From: Chloroflexota bacterium
Lineage (GTDB): Bacteria > Chloroflexota > Dehalococcoidia > GIF9 > UBA5629
Direction of reading: 5' to 3'
Length of the DNA stretch: 64,000 nt
NCBI GenBank assembly: GCA_036821185.1
Contig: DAISKD010000004.1
Span: forward strand, 6,063-70,062
The notes beneath the pieces were generated by a model that worked only from the letters and a program-made list of their open reading frames with translations, made no database searches and was not told where the DNA came from. Shown in pieces: positions 8,907 through 17,611 of this stretch (position 1 is the first letter of the stretch; each line of letters starts with the position of its first letter). The position numbers and the translations under genes are program-made.

Positions 8907-10243
8907 CGCGATACCCTTATATGCGGGCTGCCATTGGAGACCGGTAAAGGCCACTGGTCACCCTTGCCGCAACCTCCCCCCTGCTCCATCGCGAGGTCAT
9001 TTCCGATGGCATCGATGTTCATCAGGGTAGTGAACACGTTGCCGCTGAGCACCACCGGACGGAGCAGCTCCGCTAGCTTCCCATTTCGTATCATGTATGC
9101 CTCTCCAGCGGAGAAGGTGAACATCTCTAGGCTGGTGGTACCCCCGTACCAGTCCCTGGCATAGACGCCCTCTTTAATATCACTTATCATGTCCTCAAAC
9201 GAGACTTTTCCGGGCTCTATGTATGTGTTGGTCATCCTGACTAGAGGAGGATAGAGATAGCTTATCGCCCTGGCATTGCCAGTGGGCTGCTCTCCCATCT
9301 TGGCCGCGGTCTCTCTAGAATGCAGCCTGCCCACCAATACGCCTTCCTTGATGAGATAAGTCTTCCCCGCCGGCACACCTTCGTCGTCATACTTGTAGCT
9401 GCCCCTCAACCCGGGGATAGCAGCGCCGTCCACGATATTCAATTCCTTGCTGCCAAACTTCCTCCCGAGCACCATTATCTCCTGCAGCCTCTGGTTCTCA
9501 TAGACATGGTCAGCTTCGGAGAGGTGACCGAAGGCCTCATGTACAAACACGCCAGCGAGAATGGGGTCGAGCACCACAGTGTATTCCCCGCCTTTGACAT
9601 AGGGTGCCGAAAGGAGTCTCACCGCCCTATGGGCCGTCTCCCTCACCTTCTCCTGCAGTCCTTCCACTACCGAAAAGTCTCCAGGGCTCCCCAGGCTCAA
9701 GCCCGCCTGCTGCACCTCTCCATCACTGGCCGCTATTGCTGAGAGACGCAGGTTGATGTCCAGCCTTGTCTGTTCGATGTAACTGCCTTCAGAATTGGCA
9801 AACACTGACTTCCGATGACTGTCCTGATAACCAATCTGACAGCTCCGCACCTTCGGCGTACTCATCACTATGTCGTTGTATTCGTCCAGCAACTGCTGCT
9901 TGAGCACCAGCGGTATTTCCACGGGATTCTTCTTTACTTCAGGCACCACAACATCCACTATAAGACCGGTGAAGCACAGCTTGCTAGTTTCTTTGCCCAC
10001 CAGCCTCGCCTGCCTCACCGCCATCTCTACCTTTTCCTTCAGTCCCTCCAGAGTATTGAAGCTGACAAAACCCCAACCACCATTCACCAGCGCCCTGACA
10101 TTACCTCCCACAGCCGATGTCCTGCCCACCTCATCGAGCCTGCCACCACGATACACGATCCGCGTTGCCTGGCTAGTTTCAACATGTACCTCTAAATAGT
10201 CGGCGCTGTGTCCCTTCAGAGCCTCAAAAATGGTATCACGCAT
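8882..10243 (-). CDS. tldD: TldD metalloprotease
   Basis: GVFVHEAFGHLSEAD (HExxxH), YDDEGV, RMTNTYI, GCGK..Q.LPV..GSPH. Confidence 0.92.
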   Translation of the reverse strand: MRDTIFEALKGHSADYLEVHVETSQATRIVYRGGRLDEVGRTSAVGGNVRALVNGGWGFVSFNTLEGLKEKVEMAVRQARLVGKETSKLCFTGLIVDVVVPEVKKNPVEIPLVLKQQLLDEYNDIVMSTPKVRSCQIGYQDSHRKSVFANSEGSYIEQTRLDINLRLSAIAASDGEVQQAGLSLGSPGDFSVVEGLQEKVRETAHRAVRLLSAPYVKGGEYTVVLDPILAGVFVHEAFGHLSEADHVYENQRLQEIMVLGRKFGSKELNIVDGAAIPGLRGSYKYDDEGVPAGKTYLIKEGVLVGRLHSRETAAKMGEQPTGNARAISYLYPPLVRMTNTYIEPGKVSFEDMISDIKEGVYARDWYGGTTSLEMFTFSAGEAYMIRNGKLAELLRPVVLSGNVFTTLMNIDAIGNDLAMEQGGGCGKGDQWPLPVSNGSPHIRVSRCLVGGKQ

Positions 10244-10322
10244 AGTTCGTTTCCCCGTTACGGTGCCTATAATTATACCACGCCAACGCTAACCTTAGTT
10301 TCAGCTACCGGTGTCTGGCTTA

Positions 10323-10357
10323 CCCTCACCCTAACCCTCTCCCTTAAAGGGAGAGGG
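10323..10357. repeat. REP-like palindromic element, copy 1
   Basis: CCCTCACCCTAA + CCCTCTCCC-TTAAA-GGGAGAGGG. Confidence 0.85.
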
Positions 10358-10530
10358 CAAAATAAAAAGGGGGAGGGCAAAAGAAGGAGAAAGGGGAAGG
10401 GTAAAACAAACAGAGAGGAAGCCTGCTGTTCTGGCCTCAGGACTGAAGACTAAAGTGTCACTGATCTATTGGACGAGTACAGATAATGGACTTCCTCCGC
10501 GGTTCAATGTATACTATTCACCGAAACACA

Positions 10531-10839
10531 ATGCAGTCCAGCCTTATTGGGAAGATAGAGAAAGCCAGGCGCTACGCAGAGGAGCCAGACCGCATCAAGT
10601 TTCAGGAGTTCACCGCCCAATTCTATGGTGAGCACAGCAGCTACACCGTGAGTTACAAGGACAAGAAATGGCAGTGCACCTGTCACTTTTTCTCCCAGTG
10701 GAAGCTGTGCAGCCACACTATGGCATTACAGCAAGTTCTGGCGAAAATGCTACCGGAGGAGGCGATTACCTCCCCAATTACCACTACTGCCTTAACTCTC
10801 ACCAACCCCCGAAGACAACCGCGTAGCAGCATAGTGTAG
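10531..10839 (+). CDS. Small SWIM-type zinc-finger hypothetical protein
   Basis: MQSSLIGKIEKARRYAEEP...WQCTCHFFSQWKLCSHTMAL (CxC-x8-CxH); TATACT at 10510-10515 upstream. Confidence 0.7.
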   Translation: MQSSLIGKIEKARRYAEEPDRIKFQEFTAQFYGEHSSYTVSYKDKKWQCTCHFFSQWKLCSHTMALQQVLAKMLPEEAITSPITTTALTLTNPRRQPRSSIV

Positions 10840-12138
10840 CGCTTCGGCGACCACGAAAAGCGAGCCGGTGACCAGCACTATGTCAGTCTCCCCGGTCACG
10901 CTCAGGGCTCGTGAAAGCGCCTCCGGGACGCTGGTACTCCGCTCAATTTTCACACCACTACCCTCAAATGCCTCAACTAGCACCGGGATAGAAGCTGCCC
11001 TGGGATGAGTTGAGCTGGTGATAATGACCCGGTCTGCCAGCGAGCGCAACTCCCTCACCATCCCCGGAATATCCTTATCGCAGGATGTGCCAAAGATAAC
11101 TATGCACTTATCATAGTGAAAATACCTCTTCACAGCCTCCGCCAGCCTGCGCATAGAATCGGCGTTGTGCGCCCCATCTACCACCACCAGAGGCTCCTTC
11201 TTGAGAATTTGGAGCCTTCCCTGCCATACCACACCCTTCATCCCCTGGAGGATTGCCTCGTCGGGAATTACCACCCCCAGGGACATCAGCGCTTCTATCG
11301 CTGCCACTGCGGTAGCTGCATTCTCCAGTTGATGATCACCGAGCAGTGGTATCTCAAGTTCATACTCGCTTCTCCGGGTACGCACCACCAGGCGCTGACC
11401 ATTTAGGTCGCCACCTTTCCTTTCCCAGGTGACGTCCTTACCTACTTTGACCAGCTCTGACCCTTTCTCGGCACATACGTTCTCGATCACTATAGCGGCA
11501 TCCTCTACCTGCGGGGCACTGACCACTATACTGCCCGGCTTAATGATCCCCGCCTTCTCGGCTGCGATCTTTGCCACAGTGTCACCCAGTATTTCCATGT
11601 GGTCAAGGCTGATGGAGGTAATCACGCAGACATCCCCTTGGGCTACATTGGTGGCATCAAGTCTGCCACCAAGACCTACCTCCAGCACCTGAAACTCCAC
11701 AGCTTTGTTCCTGAAATGGGCAAAAGCCACTGCGGTCAATATCTCGAAGGTGGTCAATGCCCCATATCTGGCTTCACTGTTGACTGCCTCCACCGCTGGC
11801 TTAATCTCAGAGACCAGCGCGGCAAATTCTTGCTCCGAGATCATGGCCCCATTGACCTTGATGCGCTCCCTTATGGTGTGAAGGTGTGGCGAAGTATATG
11901 TGCCAGTTTGATAACCAGCAGCAATAAGCACCTGAGAGACCATTGCCGCCGTGCTACCTTTGCCCTTGGTCCCGGCGATATGCACTGTCTTCCTCCCCAG
12001 ATGCGGGGTGCCCAGTAAGCGGAGCAGCTCCTCCATCCGCCTTAGGTCATAGTTAGCCGCCGTATAGGAAATACCGGGGATTTTCTCGTAATCGGTGAAG
12101 CTCAGGATATACTTTTCTGCTTGGTTAAAGTCCATCAT
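10792..12138 (-). CDS. folC: Bifunctional folylpolyglutamate/dihydrofolate synthase
   Basis: HIAGTKGKGSTA, YTSPHL, EVGLGGRLDATNV, DGAHN. ATG 12138 lies 6 nt after TGgTATAAT (leaderless). Confidence 0.96.
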   Translation of the reverse strand: MMDFNQAEKYILSFTDYEKIPGISYTAANYDLRRMEELLRLLGTPHLGRKTVHIAGTKGKGSTAAMVSQVLIAAGYQTGTYTSPHLHTIRERIKVNGAMISEQEFAALVSEIKPAVEAVNSEARYGALTTFEILTAVAFAHFRNKAVEFQVLEVGLGGRLDATNVAQGDVCVITSISLDHMEILGDTVAKIAAEKAGIIKPGSIVVSAPQVEDAAIVIENVCAEKGSELVKVGKDVTWERKGGDLNGQRLVVRTRRSEYELEIPLLGDHQLENAATAVAAIEALMSLGVVIPDEAILQGMKGVVWQGRLQILKKEPLVVVDGAHNADSMRRLAEAVKRYFHYDKCIVIFGTSCDKDIPGMVRELRSLADRVIITSSTHPRAASIPVLVEAFEGSGVKIERSTSVPEALSRALSVTGETDIVLVTGSLFVVAEALHYAATRLSSGVGES

Positions 12139-12234
12139 GGCACAATTATACCATCGGCTGAGAGTATGAGGACAATTGTTCTTCAAATATAGACTTGGAG
12201 ATATAGCAACCGTGGTCTATAATCTTTGCAGAGC

Positions 12235-13077
12235 ATGAAATTTATAGACAAGCTGCTGGCAGCCAGCCGAAAAAACAACAGTCTGCTCTGTATCGGGCTA
12301 GACCCCGACCCCGAGTTCATTTCGGGAATTGACCTCTTGGAATTTAACCGCGCTATCATCGATGCCACCTCCGACCTCGTCTGTGCCTACAAGCCCAACC
12401 TGGCATTCTACGAGGCATTGGGCATAGAGGGGATGAAACTACTGGTGAAAACCGTCGAGCACATCCCCGAACATATCCCGGTCATCGCCGATGGTAAACG
12501 GGGCGACATCGGAAACACCGCCAGAGTTTATGCCCGCGCCCTATTCCTCACATTCGGCTTCGACGCCGCCACGATAAACCCCTACCTTGGCACCGACTGC
12601 ATTGAGTCCTTCACCAGTTACCCGGATAAAGGGGTCTTCATTCTCTGCCGCACTTCAAACCCAGGAGCAATGGACTTCCAGAGCATCCCCGATCCCGAGG
12701 GCACTCCGTTATACGAGCTGGTGGCCAGGAAAGCCCGGGATTGGAATACCCACGGCAACATTGGCCTGGTCGTTGGCGCCACCTACCCCGAGGAACTGAA
12801 ATCGGTGCGCCGGCTCTGCCCGGACATGCCCCTGCTTATTCCCGGCGTCGGTCCTCAAGGTGGTGACCTGGCATCAGCAGTCCGCCACGGCACCGATGAG
12901 AACGGTGAAAAGGCCATCATCGTCAGCGCACGACAGATCCTCTATGCCGCCCAAGGCAAGGGGTTCGCCGCCGCAGCCAGAAGGGCTGCTATGGGGCTCA
13001 GGGACAGGATAAACGAACTCGTCGAAGCGGAGCGACATCTGTCCCAAAGGGACAGGCCCGAACGTAACAGCGGGTAG
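12235..13077 (+). CDS. pyrF: Orotidine-5'-phosphate decarboxylase
   Basis: LCIGLDP, AYKPNLAFYE, DGKRGDIGNT, CRTSNPG, GLVVGAT, LIPGVGPQGG. Confidence 0.96.
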   Translation: MKFIDKLLAASRKNNSLLCIGLDPDPEFISGIDLLEFNRAIIDATSDLVCAYKPNLAFYEALGIEGMKLLVKTVEHIPEHIPVIADGKRGDIGNTARVYARALFLTFGFDAATINPYLGTDCIESFTSYPDKGVFILCRTSNPGAMDFQSIPDPEGTPLYELVARKARDWNTHGNIGLVVGATYPEELKSVRRLCPDMPLLIPGVGPQGGDLASAVRHGTDENGEKAIIVSARQILYAAQGKGFAAAARRAAMGLRDRINELVEAERHLSQRDRPERNSG

Positions 13078-13079
13078 AA

Positions 13080-13286
13080 ATGGAGATCCGACTGGGTGAC
13101 ATCGTCCGTCTGAAGAAAAAACACCCCTGCGGTAACGATAGGTGGGAGGTGGTCAGAGTGAGTGCCGACATCCGCATCAAATGTCTGAAGTGCCAGCGTT
13201 ACGTACTCCTGGAGAGAAGCGAGTTCGAACGTCGTGTCAGAGCTACCCTCTCCGCTAACGACTGCAATATTCCATCACCCGGTTAG
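13080..13286 (+). CDS. DUF951 family protein
   Basis: GDIVRLKKKHPCG..RWEVVRVSADIRIKCLKC. Confidence 0.9.
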   Translation: MEIRLGDIVRLKKKHPCGNDRWEVVRVSADIRIKCLKCQRYVLLERSEFERRVRATLSANDCNIPSPG

Positions 13287-13328
13287 GGCAGCCTCAGGCA
13301 AGACTGCACCACCACAGCCCACAAATAG

Positions 13329-13379
13329 CCTGTTTTGACAAACAGGGGTGGTGCTGTTACAATGGAAAACTTGTGTTCT
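13329..13379 (+). promoter_or_regulatory. marR promoter with palindromic operator
   Basis: TTGACA (13335-13340), 17 bp, TGtTACAAT (-10 at 13358-13363); perfect IR CCTGTTT-tgac-AAACAGG (13329-13346) centred on the -35. Confidence 0.75.
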
Positions 13380-13445
13380 CGAAGAACCAGCCAACCTCTC
13401 TAGGGTATAGTGCTGCTAACAGTAGACTAAGACGGAGGAGATGCC

Positions 13446-13934
13446 ATGCCTGAATTTACAGAAGTAGACAGCAACTACAACTTGTGGTTATTACTGCGCC
13501 AGGTCTCTGACGTAATATTTTACGCCCGGGAGCAGGAATTGAAGGAGTTCAATCTCCCCGGGATGCAGGCGGAGGTCCTGTTCGCCATAAAAGCCATCGG
13601 GGGTAAAGCTACCCCGGCAGACATAGCCCGCTGGTTGTTCCGCAGACCGCATTCGGTCTCAGGTATCCTCGATAGAATGACCAAAGCCGGCCTGGTGCAA
13701 AAGTCTAAAGACCTGGACCGCAAAAACTTGGTCAGGATCAGCCTCACCGAGAAGGGCGAGAGGGCTTTCTCCCAGGCGCTAAAGAGGACTTCCATCCACA
13801 AAATAATCTCAGCACTCAACGAGGATCAGAAGAAACAGCTCCAGTCATTGCTCGACAACCTTCGGAATAAGGGACTAAAAGAACTGGGGCTGAACCTCAG
13901 AAAAATGCCCTATCCTAAATTCAGAGCATCCTAG
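13446..13934 (+). CDS. MarR family transcriptional regulator
   Basis: HTH HSVSGILDRMTKAGLV and wing DLDRKNLVRISLTEKG; GGAGG SD. Confidence 0.92.
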   Translation: MPEFTEVDSNYNLWLLLRQVSDVIFYAREQELKEFNLPGMQAEVLFAIKAIGGKATPADIARWLFRRPHSVSGILDRMTKAGLVQKSKDLDRKNLVRISLTEKGERAFSQALKRTSIHKIISALNEDQKKQLQSLLDNLRNKGLKELGLNLRKMPYPKFRAS

Positions 13935-14036
13935 TTTTTCAGCACTAAAAGCATCTGCCACCGTCGGGGCAGTAGACCTCTCCGGAAAGTTTGTAGTTGA
14001 TAGCTTCTTCATTCGTAGCTTATAATCGCACCGGAT

Positions 14037-15233
14037 ATGGTGCGCTGCATCTTTCACATAGACCTTGACGCCTTTTTCGTCTCCGTTGAGCAGTCCCTGA
14101 GGCCAGAACTGCGGGGTAAGCCTGTGGTCGTCGGTGGCAGGCCCGACCGGCGGGGAGTGGTAGCATCTGCCTCATACGAAGCCAGGGCATTCGGCATCAA
14201 GGCTGGAATGCCGCTTTACCGTGCTTACCAGCTCTGTCCCCAGGCAATTTTCATCGAAGGAAATGCCCCTCGGTACCGGGATGCTTCGCAGCGATTTATG
14301 ACCATACTGGCTGGATATTCACCGGACCTGGAGCCAGCCGGGCTGGACGAGGCATATTTGGACGTCACCGGCTGTAACAGTTACGGGACGCCACGTCTTT
14401 TAGCCCAACGCATAAAGGGGGAAATAAAGGAAAAGCTGAAACTCACAGCCTCTATCGGCATCGCCAGTTGCAAAGTAGTAGCCAAGATCGCCTCCGACGC
14501 GGCCAAACCGGACGGCCTGGTTGAAGTAGCACCAGGTACCGAGAAGGACTTTCTGGCGCCGCTGCCAGTCAATAGCCTACCTGGCGTAGGTAGTAAGACC
14601 GAGGCAATACTCAAGTCTTTGGGTATAACCACAATTGGGCAACTTGCTGTCTTGCCCCTCTCCCTCATCAAATCGTATTTGGGCACGAGCGGGGTCGTGC
14701 TGCACAATTACGCCAACGGCATTGACACCCGACGGGTAGAGCCGCCGGGTGAAGCTAAGTCAATCAGCCGGGAGGCCACGCTAGCCCAGGACACCCTGGA
14801 CCAGTCCCTGCTCAAAGCACTGCTCCGCTACCTCTGCGAGCAGGTGGGTGCCGAGCTACGTACTCAGAACAAGCAGGCAAAACGGGTGGCCCTGAAGCTG
14901 AGATATGTTGACTTCGACACAGTGACCCGGAGCTCAACGTCCGCAGAAGCAACTGCTAGCGATGACGTCATCTTCTCCAGAGCCGAAGAGTTGCTCCATA
15001 GGGCGCTCTCCCGGAGGCGAGATCTGATCCGCCTGATAGGTGTCGAGGTGTCCAACCTGGTGGACTACGGCAGACAGCTCCATCTTTTCCAGCCATCCCC
15101 ACAGCGCCTGGAATACTTAGACAGGGCGATCGACCGTATTCGCAAGAAGTATAGCTTCACCTCCATTCAGACCGGCTACACCCTGCCCCTCAAAGACTTG
15201 TTTGCTAGCGACCCGGAACTAACAACGCCTTAG
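14037..15233 (+). CDS. dinB: DNA polymerase IV (Y family)
   Basis: HIDLDAFFVSVE, VVASASYEAR, LDEAYLD, KVVAKIASD..KPDG, LPGVG. Confidence 0.95.
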   Translation: MVRCIFHIDLDAFFVSVEQSLRPELRGKPVVVGGRPDRRGVVASASYEARAFGIKAGMPLYRAYQLCPQAIFIEGNAPRYRDASQRFMTILAGYSPDLEPAGLDEAYLDVTGCNSYGTPRLLAQRIKGEIKEKLKLTASIGIASCKVVAKIASDAAKPDGLVEVAPGTEKDFLAPLPVNSLPGVGSKTEAILKSLGITTIGQLAVLPLSLIKSYLGTSGVVLHNYANGIDTRRVEPPGEAKSISREATLAQDTLDQSLLKALLRYLCEQVGAELRTQNKQAKRVALKLRYVDFDTVTRSSTSAEATASDDVIFSRAEELLHRALSRRRDLIRLIGVEVSNLVDYGRQLHLFQPSPQRLEYLDRAIDRIRKKYSFTSIQTGYTLPLKDLFASDPELTTP

Positions 15234-15353
15234 ACGTCCCATGTTAGGCCGTAATCGCCAACCACTCTTGCCTTTCCACAGCCCTAAGTTTATAATTAAG
15301 TCCATCGCTTGCAAATCAGTTTTGGTGAACGGTAATGGAAAGGAGAGGTGAGC

Positions 15354-16295
15354 ATGCCGCCATATGCTTTCTTTCAAAAACAGTTTATGCCGCTTGCTGA
15401 GGCTAAAATCGGCATCCTCACCCATGCCTTGCACTATGGCACCGCCTGCTTTGAGGGTATCAGGGGTAACTGGAACACAGAACAGGAGCAACTGTACCTA
15501 TTCCGCATGAAAGAGCACTATGAGCGCCTGCAGAAAGGCTGCCGCCTGTTAAAAATAGAGCTCCCCTACTCCGTAGAGGAGCTCTGCTCTACCACCACAG
15601 AACTGGTGGAGAAAAGCGGCTACCGTGAGGATGTGTATGTCCGCCCGCTGGCTTACAAAAGCTCACAGGCCGTTGGCGTCCGTTTGCATGACCTTGAGGA
15701 CGACTTTTTCATCATCGTCACCACTCTCCCCGCCTATCTGGACACCGACAAGGGCGTTCGTTGCTGCACCTCGTCATGGAGACGCGTGGACGACACCATG
15801 ATACCCCCGAGGGGCAAAATCACCGGGATCTACGTCAACAGCGCGCTGGCTAAGACAGAGGCAAACGAACTGGGGTTTGATGAGGCTATCCTACTCAACC
15901 AGGACGGCCATGTGTCAGAGGGTAGCGGCGAAAATATATTCATCGTCAGCAATAATAAACTGGTCACCCCACCCAGCTCAGACAACATCCTACTGGGGAT
16001 AACGCGGGACACGGTAATACAATTGGCACGGAACGAACTGGGCATAGACACCGTGGAGAGGTCCATCGACCGAAGCGAACTCTATCTGGCTGACGAAGCT
16101 TTCTTTACCGGCACCGCTGCCCATGTCAGCCCGATACTCGAAATTGACCACCGCCCCATCGGCGATGGCAAAGTGGGCAAGATTACCAGGAAACTACAAG
16201 AGCTATACTTTGATGTCATCAGGGGTAAAAACCCAAAGTACCTTCACTGGTGTACACCGGTATACACAAAGGTAGCTGAGAAAAAACGCGCCTGA
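15354..16295 (+). CDS. ilvE: Branched-chain amino acid aminotransferase
   Basis: ALHYGTACFEGIRG, KITGIY, EGSGENIF, ILLGITR, EAFFTGTAA. Confidence 0.95.
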   Translation: MPPYAFFQKQFMPLAEAKIGILTHALHYGTACFEGIRGNWNTEQEQLYLFRMKEHYERLQKGCRLLKIELPYSVEELCSTTTELVEKSGYREDVYVRPLAYKSSQAVGVRLHDLEDDFFIIVTTLPAYLDTDKGVRCCTSSWRRVDDTMIPPRGKITGIYVNSALAKTEANELGFDEAILLNQDGHVSEGSGENIFIVSNNKLVTPPSSDNILLGITRDTVIQLARNELGIDTVERSIDRSELYLADEAFFTGTAAHVSPILEIDHRPIGDGKVGKITRKLQELYFDVIRGKNPKYLHWCTPVYTKVAEKKRA

Positions 16296-16333
16296 GCAAA
16301 AACCTCTTAAAAAATGCGGCAGACAGCTTACGA

Positions 16334-16897
16334 TCAGCCCACCTTGATCTGCAGCATCTTGAGTAAGCAAAGAAGTCGACAGCTCTCTTCAAGCGTGGTG
16401 GTATAGTAGTAAGCTTCCTCCAACAACTGTCCTACAGCAAAGCTCCCGTGACCGCGTACCAGTACCACCTTATGCGTGGTCAGCGCCTCAGCTATTTCCT
16501 CAGCCATCTCCCCAGGGACCACTGGTCCCTTCTTGCCGAGTACGGGTACCTTCGAGAGCAAAAGTATCCCCTCCATGTCACAGGGGACAATTTCTTTTTC
16601 GCAGAACGAGAGAGCAACGGCATAGGCCGGATGGGCATGGACTATGGCTGAAGCTGAAGTACGCTTGTATATCTCGCGGTGCACCGGCAGTTCAGTTGAA
16701 GCCAGCGGCGTGAAGCGGTCGTTCTTATATATTCCCGTCTCCACCAGGTCATGCTCTTCCAGTTGCCCCAACATGCTGCCCCGATGGGTTATGCACAGCC
16801 GTTCACCAAGCCTGATGCTGAGGTTACCGCTGTGCGACGACACCAGCCCTCTGGCACAGAGCTCACGCCCCACTGCCTGAAACTGCCGGATAAGCAT
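16334..16897 (-). CDS. Class II aldolase/adducin family protein (fuculose-phosphate aldolase-like)
   Basis: SGNLSIR, STELPVHREIY, AIVHAHP, LVRGHGSF. Confidence 0.9.
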   Translation of the reverse strand: MLIRQFQAVGRELCARGLVSSHSGNLSIRLGERLCITHRGSMLGQLEEHDLVETGIYKNDRFTPLASTELPVHREIYKRTSASAIVHAHPAYAVALSFCEKEIVPCDMEGILLLSKVPVLGKKGPVVPGEMAEEIAEALTTHKVVLVRGHGSFAVGQLLEEAYYYTTTLEESCRLLCLLKMLQIKVG

Positions 16898-17000
16898 CGC
16901 CTAACTTTTACACCAACCCCGCAGGAAAGTCAAATCAACCTCATCTGTCAACAATTGGGCCAGGACAATTTCTCTAATCCGCACCAACAACAGGCACTAA

Positions 17001-17294
17001 TCACTTTTTCGTCCCACCAGCAGCAGAGAGCTTTGCCTCATTCAACTTTTTCATCAGGCGCGATTTGCGCCTGGCAGCATTGTTGGGGTGAATCACCCCT
17101 TTCTCCGCAGCCCTATCCAGAGCACTTATGGCCCGGACCACCAGCGGCTCAGCTTCCGCAAGGTTACCAGAAGCGACAGCCTTTAGCGCCCTAGTGATCC
17201 ACGTCTTGGTGGCACTCTTCACCGACTTATTCCTTATTCTCTTCCTTTCAGCAGCTCGGGCAGCCTTCAATACAGACTTGCTCTTCTTGGGCAA
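17001..17294 (-). CDS. rpsT: 30S ribosomal protein S20
   Basis: RNKSVKS..KT, LDRAAEKGVIHPNNAARRKSRL; TTG start with AGGAGG SD. Confidence 0.97.
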   Translation of the reverse strand: MPKKSKSVLKAARAAERKRIRNKSVKSATKTWITRALKAVASGNLAEAEPLVVRAISALDRAAEKGVIHPNNAARRKSRLMKKLNEAKLSAAGGTKK

Positions 17295-17303
17295 TGTTAC
17301 CTC

Positions 17304-17456
17304 CTATTTTCTTATCAGCGTCAGCGCTCCCCAAACGATGAGAAAGATACCGATTATCCACTGGGCGATATAGAACTTCCATATCACCAGAATACCAGCC
17401 ACAATAGCCAGTATCCCCAGTGCTACTTCGCTCAAAGTGATGCTTTTCTTCGCCAT
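17304..17456 (-). CDS. 50-aa two-helix membrane protein (DUF3096/DUF308-like), absent from the ORF track
   Basis: Manual translation MAKKSITLSEVALGILAIVAGILVIWKFYIAQWIIGIFLIVWGALTLIRK*; GAGG SD; its TAG overlaps the rpsT SD (TAGGAGG). Confidence 0.8.
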   Translation of the reverse strand: MAKKSITLSEVALGILAIVAGILVIWKFYIAQWIIGIFLIVWGALTLIRK

Positions 17457-17480
17457 GGCAGCCTCACATAAACGGTAAGT

Positions 17481-17510
17481 ATGATATCGAGTTTGTCATC
17501 AGTCTGTCAA
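17481..17510 (-). promoter_or_regulatory. Promoter for small membrane ORF + rpsT
   Basis: TTGACA (17510-17505), 18 bp, TATCAT (17486-17481). Confidence 0.65.
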
Positions 17511-17551
17511 TTCCTGTCCTGCGTACTGGTTTGCAGTACGTTCCCGCCGCC

Positions 17552-17585
17552 AAAAAAGCAGGTGCTCTGTGGAAAGAGCACCTGC
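17552..17585 (-). terminator. Intrinsic terminator downstream of dnaK
   Basis: 11-bp stem GCAGGTGCTCT/AGAGCACCTGC, 6-nt loop, followed by T6 on the minus strand. Confidence 0.9.
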
Positions 17586-17611
17586 CTTTCTTCACAAACG
17601 CGGTGTCTGTC

